From Eledone cirrhosa (Eukaryota), in contig OZ024742.1 in assembly GCA_964016885.1 (NCBI GenBank), positions 227,416,001 through 227,480,000 on the forward strand: a DNA stretch of 64,000 nt, given 5' to 3'. A program made the translations under genes and the position numbers. A model generated the notes under the pieces. It saw only the letters and a program-made list of their open reading frames with translations. It was not told the DNA's origin and made no database searches. Positions within the stretch are counted from its first letter, which is position 1. Each line of letters begins with the position of its first letter. Positions 43,614 through 57,599 of the stretch are shown here, piece after piece.

Positions 43614-44195
43614 GAGAGGTATAGAGATTGTTTTAGCAAGAAGCTAACGGCATTCTATAACATATATGCGACTATAACGTCAAGATGGGAAAAGTAGTTA
43701 ACGAAAGATTTAGGAAAAATAACTCAAACTCATCTCAAAAGAGAATCAGGATACAAATTCATCCACAGAATTTAGTAAAATCCAGGGAAAAACCTATAGA
43801 CCTTTAACTCATGATAAAACAAAGTTTGAAACACTTATCCTTCAATTTGGAATAACATCAAATGCTCTGTATAGTCTTAAGACTATTTCATGAAAACTTT
43901 CAGTGGAGATGGTCACGGTTGGAATATCATTCATCAGCAGAGCTCAACAGAAAACCAGGGCTCTCACAGTAATATAGTCCGAAAAAGGGAATTCTAAAAC
44001 TGGCTAGTTCGCCTTCATGTGTATTTATGAAAAAGCACATGAGGAAAAAACGGGGCTAGTGACGTCAGGATGGAAGTGAATGTTTATTTACAAGAAATAG
44101 CAGTCAAATACATTCTGAAAAAAAACTCTACAAAGGAGTTCAGCAAAATAGCAATAATTATCACAGTTTTTATGAAAAAAACCGGGATTAGTCAC

Positions 44196-44834
<639 letters not shown>

Positions 44835-45199
44835 AGATTAATATCCCCACAGGTACTAAGTACCTACGGAAATATATAGGGTGTCTATAATACATTTGTT
44901 ATTCAATGGTACTAATTTGAGATACCAGAACTATAATATTGAGATGAGCAGAACAAGCAAACATTAAACAATCTTTTAAATAAATTAAAATACGATTTAA
45001 ATATTCACCTGTCCAAAATGCTATTACCAACGAAGATCAACTATTATCACAAAAGATTGGAAATTCAGAGAATTTCCAACGGAAAGAAACTGTGAGACTT
45101 TACGTCCTGTAGAATGGAAATAGCTATCTGAAGAGCTGATCTTTCCGTTGGAAAGTGGGTAGTGGTTGATGGGTGGTGATGGTGATGGTGTTGTTGGTG

Positions 45200-46292
45200 G
45201 CTTTAAACCCAGTCGCATATTACGTCTACCACCCGTCGACTAGGTAGTGGTGGTGGCGGTGGTGTTTGCGTTAAACCGGATGGCATAGTAAGTCTACCAC
45301 CCAAAGACTAGTTAATGGTGGTGCTGTTAAACCCGGTGGCATATTAAGTCTACCTCCTAAGGTGATGTTATATCGGATGACATATCTGGTCTACCACCCA
45401 AAGAGGAAGTGTTAAACCGGGTGGCATATTCAGTCTACCTCCTAAGGTGATGTTATATCAGATGACATATCTGGTCTACCACCCAAAGAGGAAGTGTTAA
45501 ACCGGGTGGCATATTCAGTCTACCTCCTAAGGTGATGTTATATCAGATGACATATCTGGTCTACCACCCAAAGAGGAAGTATTAAACCGGGTGGCATATT
45601 AAGTCTACCTCCTAAGGTGATGTTATATCAGATGACATATCTGGTCTACCACCCAAAGAGGAAGTATTAAACCGGGTGGCATATTCAGTCTATCTCCTAA
45701 GGTGATGTTATATCAGATGACATATCTGGTCTACCACCCAAAGAGGAAGTATTAAACCGGGTGGCATATTAAATCTACCTCCTAAGGTGATGTTATATCG
45801 GATGACATATCTGGTCTACCACCCAAAGAGGAAGTGTTAAACCGGGTGGCATATTAAGTCTACCTCCTAAGGTGATGTTATATCGGATGACATATCTGGT
45901 CTACCACCCAAAGAGGAAGTGTTAAACCGGGTGGCATATTCAGTCTACCTCCTAAGGTGATGTTATATCGGATGACATATCTGGTCTACCACCCAAAGAG
46001 GAAGTGTTAAACCGGGTGGCATATTCAGTCTACCTCCTAAGGTGATGTTATATCGGATGACATATCTGGTCTACCACCCAAAGAGGAAGTATTAAACCGG
46101 GTGGCATATTCAGTCTATCTCCTAAGGTGATGTTATATCGGATGACATATCTGGTCTACCACCCAAAGAGGAAGTATTAAACCGGGTGGCATATTCAGTC
46201 TATCTCCTAAGGTGATGTTATATCAGATGACATATCTGGTCTACCACCCAAAGAGGAAGTGTTAAACCGGGTGGCATATTCAGTCTATCACC
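45200..46292. repeat. 85-bp minisatellite (~11 copies) built from 41+44-bp related subunits, preceded by diverged monomers
   Basis: Period is 85 (gttaaaccgg at 45411 and 45496). Subunits share gtta.a.c.g.tg.catat...gtctacc. Confidence 0.95.
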
Positions 46293-46648
46293 GCTTCGTT
46301 TTAATCACTTCCACATGTCAGCAATCAAAATAAAGTATATGCAAACCATAAATTCATCAAAATGCAAATTTCCTAGTTTGTATGATGTTCATATATTTGG
46401 TAATCTTGGTGTATATGACATGCCAATACTGGCACCAAAAATTAAATTGACGGCACCGGACTACTAGTTTTGAAAATAATCAAGAAATTGAAAAACTTTA
46501 AAAAACAAAATTTGTTTTCGCTCTTAACGTGGTGGATACCTAAATGTATTCTTCAGTGAATGATAATAATATTATAATATCATCATTTTATTAATATTCG
46601 TGCTGTTTTATGAGGCTGTTTACTTGTAAACAAACCGAATATTAATAA

Positions 46649-47040
46649 CTGTTTCTACTTTTGGCACAAGGCCAGCAAATTAGCCAGTACATTACTGGCA
46701 CTTTATTTTATCGAACCCGTAAGGATGAAAGGCAAAGTTAACCTCGGCGGGATTTGAACTCAGATCGTAAACTCTTTGCGTAACTCTTTGCGTCAAAGCA
46801 TGGTATCCGACTCTCTACCGATACTGCCAATCCACCGAATATTAATAATATTATGATGGCAGTATCGTTAGAGGTTCGGACGCCACGCTTTGCAGCATAG
46901 AATTACGTCCCTTTACGGTCTGAGTTCAAATCCCACCGAGGTTAACTTTGCCTTTCATCCTTACGGGGTCGATAAAATAAAGAACCAGTAATGCACTGGG
47001 ATAATTGCTGGCCTTGTCCCAAGAGTAGAAACAATTATTA
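46649..47040. mobile_element. Head-to-head pair of tRNA-derived SINEs; the minus copy has a 15-bp TSD
   Basis: ACCGAATATTAATAA at 46634-46648 and 46834-46848. Plus copy at 46855-47040. Confidence 0.85.
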
Positions 47041-47238
47041 TTCACTCACGAATATATGAAAAACTTTAGAACTATAACTAACTATCCTTCGAATTATTTA
47101 TCTATGCTTGGAGTACAACTTAACAGCGGTCCTTATATAAAATTATGTTGGAAGGTTTTTAGATATAAACATTTTAAAACAAACATCTTTACGTATACGT
47201 AGCTATCTCTCGGACTTTTACGAAGCGCTAAGGGGATA

Positions 47239-47487
47239 AATTTATATAAAGGTGGTGTGCTCGTACGCGGAGATGCTATAAAATAATGTGAAGACCCTTA
47301 AAGACGGAAAAAGAAGTTGTCATCAGCCGCTACGAGGAATCAAACCTCGTAGGTATCTGGGAGATCGAGGCTCGATTTCTCGTAGCGACCTATGACAATT
47401 TCTTTTGTCGTCTTAAGGGTCTTCACCCTATTTTATAAGCTATTTGATAGCATCTCCGTGCTTGAGCATACCACTCTTTATATAAAT
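47239..47487. repeat. Older imperfect fold-back (~110-bp arms)
   Basis: atttatataaag...gaagacccttaa...gctacgag pairs with ctcgtagc...ttaagggtcttc...ctttatataaat. Confidence 0.8.
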
Positions 47488-49393
47488 AACTTTGCATCAT
47501 AGAACCAAGGGTGGTTTCTGGTGGTTTAATATGAGAAGGGTTATGGCGCAAAAGGCAGCAAGCTCACGCCAGCACGATCGATCCATCTCAGTTTTCAGCT
47601 CACCGTCCAACTAATTTCTGTATTTGGAGTGCTCTTGAATTGTTCGGCACTTGATATTTTCGGTTAACTTAATGTAAAATCAAATGTACTGATTGAACGA
47701 TAATGTATAGTTTATTGACATAAAGAGTTATTGACAGCGAAGAGATTGATGGTAGAATCGTGAGAACGTTGAACAAAATGGCTGCGATATTTACTTACGG
47801 ATATTTACATTCTGTGTTCAAACCCAGCTGACGTCAACTTTGCTTTTCATCATTCTGGGTTGATAAAATAAACTACCAGTTAAATAAAACATCTTAGATT
47901 TGAATAAAATTATAAAAGATTACTAACACAAGACATCATTTGTTCAACTCTTCCAGGGTCGATAAAATAGAGTACCATGGCTTAGTGTTACGGTATTCGG
48001 CTCACGATCGTAATGTCGTGAGTTCGATTCCTGGTGGCGCACAGTATTTCACATTGCCCTGTCCACTCAGGTGGTAAAAATGAGTTGTACATATAATTCG
48101 AAGAGCCAGCTTTGTCGCATTCTGTGTCATGCTGAATCCCCCTGAAAACTACGTTAAAGGTACGCGTCTGTGGAATGCTCAGCAACTTTCACGTTAATTT
48201 CACCAGCGAGCTGTTCCGTTGAACGTATCAACTGGAACACTCATCGTCGTAACCGACGTAGTGCTAGTTAAAAAAACCAGTCAAATACTTGAGGTTGATT
48301 TACTCTTCCTATTAAACATCCTTGATCAAAAAGATTAAGACTAACTTTACCTTTCGTCTTTCTTTCGATTGACAAAAGTACCAGTGAAATTATTGGGTTA
48401 GATTTGATGTTCCTATAAAACATATTGTTAATAGATGACTAACAACACACGTCATTTTTTTCACCCCCTCCAGGGTCGATCAAATAAAATACTCGTCAAA
48501 TGCTGGGAGTTAATATAATTCCAATAAAACATCATAGATGTAAATTGAATTATAATAGAAGACTAATAGGTCAATGACGAGATTTGAACCCGAAAACCAG
48601 ATGTACGAAATCCCTTTCTGTAAAAGTAAAGTTGTATGTCGTTAGAAGTTCTGTATTGTTTGCTAACTTCTCATTCCACAGAATATAGGAATAACAGAAC
48701 GAATAAACACGAAGCAAAGGGTCTTGCTGAAGGACATAACGCGCCGCCTGGAATCGAACTCATTTCCTTAGGTTCGTGAGCCGATCTCACTAAATATAAG
48801 CCACGCACCTTCACATATGCTTACATACACACAGATACTCATATATACATTTATACCCACAGGCATGCATTACATGCAAACGCACAAGATGCATATCACA
48901 GGCACAAGATACACACGCTCACGCATAAGATGCACACACGCACGAACAAGATGCACACACATACCTACATGCATGCGTGTTTGCTAGAAAAGCGTTTTGT
49001 TTCGTGTCTGTGTGTGCTGTCCGTGCATCTTTTAAGTAACTGTTTCTGCGTGCACAAACAATGCACGTGAGTCGTATGGTATTGCAACACAATGCATGTA
49101 AATAGTATTGCAGCACGGTAGGTCTACGATATTACAGCATTGTGTATGTATGATATTGTGACATAGAGCTTGTATAGCACTATACATATGAGCACGGTTG
49201 ACGTGGTGTAACAGCAGTAGTGATTAAAGTTCACACAAACGAAATGACTTTACACTGATACACACACACAAACAACACTACAAAAGATCTTTCTGGAAGA
49301 CTTTTGTCATTTCAAGAGTTGCCATTGTTATAAAACAAAAGCTAGTCGCTTACACAGACAAAACTTCAGCGTGTATATAATGTGTGTATATAC

Positions 49394-49446
<53 letters not shown>

Positions 49447-49463
49447 TGTACACACACACGCGC

Positions 49464-49561
<98 letters not shown>

Positions 49562-50867
49562 GCTTCTTACTGACGGTCGTAAAAATAAATACTCAATGCC
49601 GCAGTATAGATATTAAGATTAAGGCCAAGTTTGAATCTTGTTACTCTGGAGTTTATAGACTGTCTTGTCAGGTGAACATGAGAGTATACAGCAGAAACTC
49701 CAGATTAACAAAACTCATAGTTGTTCTTGAAGAATATATATATATATATATCAATACATATATAAATAAACATACGTATATTACGTCTATCGCTCGTATG
49801 AAACGTGCATACATACGCATGTCAATCTGATATGCAGAAGCAGATCTGCTGTATATGCTCTTCAGTGTACAGGAATACTTTATTGGTGGTGGTGGTGGTG
49901 GTGGTGGTGGTGGTGATCGCCGCCGTCGTCGTTGTCGTCGTGTTGCTACTGCTGGAGCGGCGGCGATGGTGGTAGTGGCGGTAGTGGTGATGGTGGTGAT
50001 GGAAGTTGTGGCGGCGTGGTGGTGTGATGGCGGCGTGAAGAAGGATTTGGGGTAACAGAAAGAGAAACGATAATGAGAACAAGGTAGCGAAATGGGTAAA
50101 GATGGGGCTATGGGTAAAAAGGGGGTCTGTTAATAGTGTGAGAGGAATTTAACCTCTTTTTCAACCAATCGGCGATCGTTAGAGCCTTGTAAGTACAGCC
50201 AATCAACAAGTAGTATGCGTCAGAAGGGTTTAGGTGGCAGACAGAGGGGTATATCGAGAAGACGTAAATATAGTGAGTGAAAAAGAGAGAGTGAGTGAGT
50301 GATTGAGTGAGAGAGTGTTTGAGTGAGCGAGTGATTGAGTGACTGAGCGAGAGAATGACTTCAGCCATTCACTTAATTCAAGGCTAATTTGGACGACTTT
50401 TCTGAATGAGTAAAAATATATCGTCGTAGCCGTCGTGTGATGATAGAAGTGGGTAAAGTAATGATGATAGCGGTGGCGGCGGCGGCAGCTGTGGTAGTGG
50501 TTGAATTGATGTTGGTGGTGGTGTTGGTGTTGGAGGTGATGGTGGTGGTAGTAGTGTTGGTGGTGCTGGTGGTGGTGGTAGTGGTGGTGGTGGTGGTAGT
50601 GGTGTCGGTGGTGCTGGTGGTGGTGGTGGTGTTGGTGGTGGTGGTAGTGGTGGTGGTAGTGGTGGTGGTGGTTGTTGTTGTAATGATGGCGGTGGAGATC
50701 GAATAGGGCTGCTTGCTGTATATATCGATAACAGGAAGAGGGGGAGAAAGTACGGAAGTAAATGTGTCCAGAGGAAGAGGAAGGGAAAGAAATGCGGAAC
50801 AAATATAAAGATGAAAGATTACGAAGGATGAGGAGGTAGAAGAGGAAACAGAAGAAGAAAGAATTAC

Positions 50868-50870
50868 AAA

Positions 50871-50916
<46 letters not shown>

Positions 50917-50930
50917 TTTGGTGGTGGTGA

Positions 50931-51009
<79 letters not shown>

Positions 51010-51065
51010 TTTGGTGGTGGTGATAGTAGTAGTAGTAGTAGTAGTAGTAGTTTTGGTGGTGGTGA

Positions 51066-51101
<36 letters not shown>

Positions 51102-51119
51102 AAGCAGCAGCAGCAGCAC

Positions 51120-51173
<54 letters not shown>

Positions 51174-51188
51174 AAGCAGCAGCAGGAC

Positions 51189-51245
<57 letters not shown>

Positions 51246-51260
51246 AAGCAGCAGCAGCAC

Positions 51261-51295
<35 letters not shown>
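50868..51295. repeat. (AGT)n microsatellite with repeated interruptions
   Basis: Visible directly. Confidence 0.95.
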
Positions 51296-51508
51296 CACAC
51301 TATTACTCTGATTGAGTAATAGTGTGTATGTGTTTCAATACTTTGGTATCTCGTCAGTAGTTCAACATTGAGAAAAGTTGGGTGACAGAGTTTAAAGGAA
51401 GATGATGATGACAGGGTAGAAGGAAGAAGGTGAAAGAGAGAGAGCGTATGTGTTTTGTGTGTAGTATGTGCGTGTGTGTTGTGTGGTGTATGTGTGTGTG
51501 AACGAGGT

Positions 51509-51578
<70 letters not shown>

Positions 51579-51975
51579 AGGCAGGAACAGATGGTGGAAT
51601 AGAAAAGGAAGATAATAGAGATTAATAAAGGGGTAGATAGTAGGGTGGCAAGATAAGGGAAGAGAGGGGGGAAGAGTTATTCTGAGAAGGAGAGCAAAAG
51701 AAGAAAAGAATTATGAAATAAACAAATAACTAAAAAGAGCAAATCAAAGTCAGAAGGAATTCTTCACATTTTCTCGCAGAACTCTCTGTAATTTGTGAGT
51801 AAAGTTAGGTTTGTATGTTGTTGAGATGATTTAGGATATTTAGAAGCAAGGACGGGGTCTACAGTCTACTATATGTTTAATATGTTATATACGGCAGTAG
51901 TGGTGGGTGATTATACCTTTGATGATAAACAATCATCGAGAGATTATCTCATATTATAATTGATTTGGGATAAAG

Positions 51976-52363
51976 AACTTAGAAACCTATTCTTGAGTCT
52001 AGTATCAGTATTGAGTATAACTAGAGTACATAACTTAGAAACCTATTCTTGAGTCTAGTATCAGTATTGAGTATAACTAGAGTACATAACTTAGAAACCT
52101 ATTCTTGAGTCTAGTATCAGTATTGAGTATAACTAGAGTACATAACTTAGAAACATATTCTTGAGTCTAGTATCAGTATTGAGTATAACTAGAGTACATA
52201 ACTTAGAAACCTATTCTTGAGTCTAGTATCAGTATTGAGTATAACTAGAGTACATAACTTAGAAACCTATTCTTGAGTCTAGTATCAGTATTGAGTATAA
52301 CTAGAGTACATAACTTAGAAACATATTCTTGTGTCTAGTATCAGTATTGAGTATAACTAGAGT
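51976..52363. repeat. 56-bp minisatellite, ~7 copies
   Basis: Unit aacttagaaacctattcttgagtctagtatcagtattgagtataactagagtacat. Confidence 0.95.
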
Positions 52364-52757
52364 TTAATACCCAACACACCCTCGTAATTGTATAACTACT
52401 GTTCAATACCCCACCACCACCACCACTATATCTCCAACATACTTTGTTTCCTCATAACTTTCTTAATAATGTATACTTTTTAATGAACCTTTTGCTGAGA
52501 TACGTTTCCCTGTGATGTGGAGATGAAATGTAGTTCAATCTCACCGAGGTCAACTTTGTCATTCATCCTTCAGGGTTTAATAAAATAAAGTACTAAACAA
52601 GTACTTGGTTTGATATAATCGATTTTCCTTCTTTGCAAATTGCTGGCCTCATGTCTAAGTTAAACAACTTTTTTTCTCTCTCTCTCTCGTAACTCTTAGT
52701 TGTAGAAATTACATTTAAGTTGCTGTAGAAAATCTGTGGCACTAGCCTGATTGAACT

Positions 52758-53312
52758 CTATACATCCACATCCCTATATATTTATACACACACATACCTA
52801 TATATTTATACATCCACATCCCTATATATTTATACACACACATACCTATATATTTATACATCCACATCCCTATATATTTATACACACACATACCTATATA
52901 TTTATACATCCACATCCCTATATATTTATACACACACATACCTATATATTTATACATCCACATCCCTATATATTTATACACACACATACCTATATATTTA
53001 TACATCCACATCCCTATATATTTATACACACACATACCTATATATATATACATCCACATCCCTATATATTTATACATCCACATCCCTATATATTTATACA
53101 CACACATACCTATATATTTATACATCCACATCCCTATATATTTATACACACACATACCTATATATTTATACATCCACATCCCTATATATTTATACACACA
53201 CATACCTATATATATATACATCCACATCCCTATATATTTATACACACACATACCTATATATTTATACATCCACATCCCTATATATTTATACACACACATA
53301 CCTATATATATA
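52758..53312. repeat. 48-bp (2 x 24) minisatellite derived from TA/CA microsatellite
   Basis: Unit tatacatccacatccctatatatttatacacacacatacctatatatt. Confidence 0.95.
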
Positions 53313-53495
53313 TATTCATATAAAGAAATTCGTTTTCAAATATAAAGAGTGGAAATATATAGGTTAAAAAGTTATATCAGCTCAAAATACGCTGAATTAT
53401 TATAATAAACCGTACACACGGTTACACGAGGATGAAACAATTGTAAATTAAATTATGATATAAATATATATATATTTTCTCCACCATCCAACACC

Positions 53496-55090
53496 TTGTC
53501 TCCTCCTCCCTCATCCCTCCCACCATCTACTTCCTCCCCAAATTCCGACAACCCTGGCCGCCCCATCGTCTCCGCTTGCAACTGCCCCACCGAACTCGTC
53601 TCCGCCTTTCTTGACTCCACCCTCGCCCCACCTCGTCACCACCCTCCCCTCTCACATCTCCGACACCAACCACGCCCTTCGCTTGTTCGACTCCCTCACT
53701 TTCCCACCCGGCCCACACCCCCTCCTCTTCACCCTAGATATCAAGTCCCTCCTATACTGTCTTCCCCCACGCCGACGGCCTACGTGCCCTCCGGCACTAC
53801 CTCGACCTTCGCCCCTCCACCATCCCCTCCACCCCACCCCCCTTCGCCTCACCGAGCTGGTCCTCACCCTCAACTGTTTCTCCTTCTCGGGTGAGTTTTA
53901 CCAACAGGTCACGGGGGTAGCCATGGGCACAAGAATGGGCCCAAACTATGCCAACCTTTTCGTTGGCCATGTTGAGGCCCAAATCTTTGCCCAGTACACC
54001 GGCCCCACGTCCGAACTGTACGGTCGTTACTTCGACGACTGCATCGGAGCCACGACCCTCACCCGAGAACAGCTCGACTCCTTTCTCTCCTTCTTCTGCT
54101 CCTTCCACCCCTCCCTCCACTTCACCACCTCTATCTCCACCACCCATGTCCACTTCTTAGACATCTCCGTCGCCATCGACCACTCCCACCGCTCCCTCGT
54201 CACCTCCGCCTTCTTCAAACCCACCGACTCCCACTCCTACCTTGACTTCACTTCTTCCCACCCCATACACACAAAACACTCTATTCCCTACTCCCAACTC
54301 CTCCGGATCCGCCGCCTCTGCAGCCGAGATGCTGATTTTGAGTCCCAGGCCCTGTCCCTAGTCAGCCATTTCATCCAAAGAGGTTACCCCCCTCCCTCGT
54401 CCACACCGCCCTCACTCGCGCCCGTGCTGACCACCGCTCCACCGCCCTCATCCCACGCCACCGCACACCCACCCACCGTCTCCTCTTCTCCATCACCTAC
54501 CACCCCTCAACCCTACCCCTCCACCGCACCATCCTCCGCCTCATCCGACGCCTCCAGTCTGACCCCTCCACCTCCCCTATCTTCCCATCCCCACCCCTCC
54601 TTCAAACGCGCGCGTAATCTACCCCCTCTCATGGTCCGCAGCTCCCTACACCCAACCCACGCTATTCTCCCCCCCCTTCGGTTCCCTTCCTTGCTCCAGG
54701 CCTCGCTTCCATACCTGCCCCCACATCACCAACACCACCACCTTCCAGAGTCCCAACGGCCTCTCCCTCTCTGTCCGGCACGCCTTCCGCTGCACCTCCT
54801 CCAACCTAGTCTATGGACTTCGCTGTACGGAGTGCAGCGCAACCTACGTCGGACAGACTGGACGGCGCCTGGCGGACCGGTTCAAGGAACACCTCCGGGA
54901 TATTCGTCGCGGCGGGAGTTCCCCCATCGCCCGCCACTTTGGCTCCCCTGGACATTCCGTCCCCCACCTCACAGTCTGTGGCCTGCTCCAATGCCATGGA
55001 TCACTCGCCACCCGCCTCACGGTCGAACAACACACCATCTTCACCCTACAGACCCACACACCCCTATTCCTTTAGTCTTCGACCGCCTAC
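53496..55090 (+). pseudogene. PLE reverse transcriptase-GIY-YIG ORF, frameshifted
   Basis: PGRPIVSACNCPTE, LFTLDIKSL, YQQVTGVAMGTRMGPNYANLFVG, YGRYFDDCI, FKPTDSHSYL, SIPYSQLLRIRRLCS. In another frame: CTSSNLVYGLRCTECSATYVGQTGRRLADRFKEHLRDIR. Confidence 0.93.
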
Positions 55091-56239
55091 CTTCCCCCCA
55101 CATACACATCCCCCACTAACACCACTAACACACTCCTCCATTTCACCGCCTCATCCTCTTGGCCCACCCCGCAACTAATAATACTAACGCCGCCACTCCA
55201 CCCGGCCCTCCCCCAACTAACAATAATAACATCCCCACCCCTCCCCTAACACCCGCGCACCCACACGCACACACCCACCTGTACATATATACACGCACTC
55301 ACACTATCCACACACTCTACTACCACCACTAACCCTTACCCACACATCCACTCCGACCACCCACAACTAATATCACTAACATCCCCCCGACCCCACGCAC
55401 ACGAAAACACACCATTACACACACACACACACACACCCACACCTACGTACACCACCCACTCCACACACCCAATCACCACTAACCCCCACGTACACACCCG
55501 CATTCAACCCTTTCCCCACCACCAGTAATACCCACTAACACCCCCTCTACCACACACACACACCAGTACACTACACTCCCTCCTCCGTCCCCAATACCTT
55601 TTCTCTCCCTCTCCCCCTCCCCGCCCCACCTACACCCCTTCACACACACACATCCCACTAGCACCTCCACTAATATACACCCCATCCCCCAACATCACCA
55701 CCTTCCCCTTCCACCTTTCACACCTACCCATCCTCTCCCCTGTCCACCGCACCTCCACACACACAGACACACAGTCCACACCACAGACAGACCATTTCTT
55801 CACCTGTCATCCTCCTCTACTACTATCTCTTCACCCTGCCTTGACCCTCTAACCACTTCCTGTTGCGCGCGCACCCCACATATCTCCACTTCCGACCACC
55901 ACCATAAATGGATTTCACACCATCCGGTCATCATTCCAGCTATCCACTCTATAACATGAGAAATATCCAACATCTTATCGCACACTCCACGGAACTACTT
56001 TAGGAACTTACCCACGAACAAACACTCACATTTTTTTTCGAACCACCACGTATAAACACAAACACACACGTGCGTATCTCCACATACACACACTCAGCCT
56101 CCAGAATCCCCTCTCTCCCCACCCCTCTGACCCCCCCCCCCTCCATCCACACGCGCGCACACACCGGTTCCCCTTTTCCTGCCACTCCCTGTCTTTCCAC
56201 CATTGCCCCACACACCCTCGGAACTCTCCTCCTACTCAC

Positions 56240-56270
56240 TTTTCTGATGAAGGGCTTATGCCCGAACGTT
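56240..56270 (+). ncRNA. Hammerhead motif in PLE 3' terminal repeat, one A missing from GAAA
   Basis: tttt-CTGATGA-A-GGGC ttat GCCC-GAAC-GTT. Confidence 0.6.
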
Positions 56271-56355
56271 CCACCCCCACCCCCCACTCTCAAAAGCGTG
56301 AACCTAAAAAACTCATATTTGTACTGCCTCTCTGGTTTTCTTCCCGTCTAAGATT

Positions 56356-56390
<35 letters not shown>

Positions 56391-56395
<5 letters not shown>

Positions 56396-56532
56396 TCCAG
56401 AAATAGCCGTCGAAACGGCTTGAGCTCTGCCGTCGGGGTTAAACATTTTCCTATTACCCACTCTACTACTCTAAGTATTGAGTACTCTGGTGCGTTATGG
56501 TCCATCTGGTTCCTTACCATACCTCCTTCGTT
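56391..56532 (+). mobile_element. Family A element starting inside the hammerhead core
   Basis: (TA)n-ATGAG...GAA-ACGGC ttgagctct GCCGT-C-GGGG, followed by the same 3' tail as 1326-1403. Confidence 0.75.
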
Positions 56533-57060
56533 ATATATATATATATAAATGAAAGGTATAGAAAGTATTGTAACAAGAAGCCAACAGTATTCCATAATAT
56601 ATAAGTGACTATAGCGTCAAAATGGGAAAATAGTTGACGTAAGATGTGGGAAAAATAATTCAAACTCAATTCAAAATGAAACAGGATATAGATTTATCAA
56701 ACAGAATTTAGTGAAATCCAGGGAAAAATCAATAGAGCCCTAACTCATGATAAAATAAAGTTTAAAATACTCATCCTTCAATTTGGGACAACTACAAATG
56801 CTCTGTATAGTCTTGAAAAAGACTATTTCACGAAAACTTTCAGTGGAGATCTCTCTGCACTTGTCGTCACATGGTACCATGGGCCTAGCACTATGTGTCA
56901 ATAATTGTCACAAGTGTAGTGTTTGTACCAGAGTTTTCAAGTCGCTGGCTGGACTAAAAAGTCACACTCGTTCAGCGCATCGGTAGGGGTTCTCCTACAT
57001 GGATATAAAGTAGTGGCCGTAATCGAAAACGAGTTGGCAGCCACCATGTATGTATGTATG

Positions 57061-57097
<37 letters not shown>

Positions 57098-57599
57098 ATG
57101 TATGATGTTGACTTGTTCTTCTTTTTGGTAAATATCATCTTGGTTAAGAGAGTGGGACTGGCTTTGTGCAGTGCCTTTGCTCACTATAAAAGCTTCACGG
57201 CACAGGCATTGCTTTATATCTGGAGATCTTTCTGCACTTGTCGTCACATTGTACCATGGGTCCAACACTATTTGTTAATAATTGTCACAAGTGTGGTGTT
57301 TGTACCAGAGTTTTCAAGTCGCTGGCTGGACTAAAAAGTCACACTCGGTTCTCCCACATGGATATAAAGTAGTGGCCGTACTCGAAAACGAGTTGGCAGC
57401 CACCATGTATGTATGTATGTCCACATCTCGATATATACACCCTGTATAAAATCTATGACATTATTCTGATTGATATTATTCATGATCAACATGAAATTAG
57501 AAGTTATGATGAACATATTTCCCAGTTTATTGTTAGCCTGTCACAAACACAGATCGAAAATATTCAGTAAATGAAGGCATTAACGAACAGAACTATATA

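Larger units (their letters stand above)
53478..56360 (+). mobile_element. Penelope-like retroelement (probably Neptune-type), 5' truncated, C-rich, ends in (TA)n
   Basis: RT, Zn-finger-like linker and GIY-YIG, followed by a long C-rich 3' region with a hammerhead motif at 56240-56270. Confidence 0.92.

Noticed and set aside
45009-45127. Possible minus-strand exon with AG/GT boundaries
   Set aside because: It has stops in all three frames and no partner exons. It could only be a non-coding exon, which sequence alone cannot show.
45326-46292. CRISPR-like appearance of the 85-, 63- and 56-bp arrays
   Set aside because: There are no unique spacers and no cas genes, and the context is eukaryotic; these are plain tandem repeats.
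47290-47335. CTGATGA on minus in the older fold-back; also lone CTGATGA on minus near 7100, 29705 and 43935
   Set aside because: No properly placed GAAA and stems.
52742-53323. 185-190-aa repetitive ORFs on both strands
   Set aside because: A 48-bp satellite whose length is a multiple of 3.
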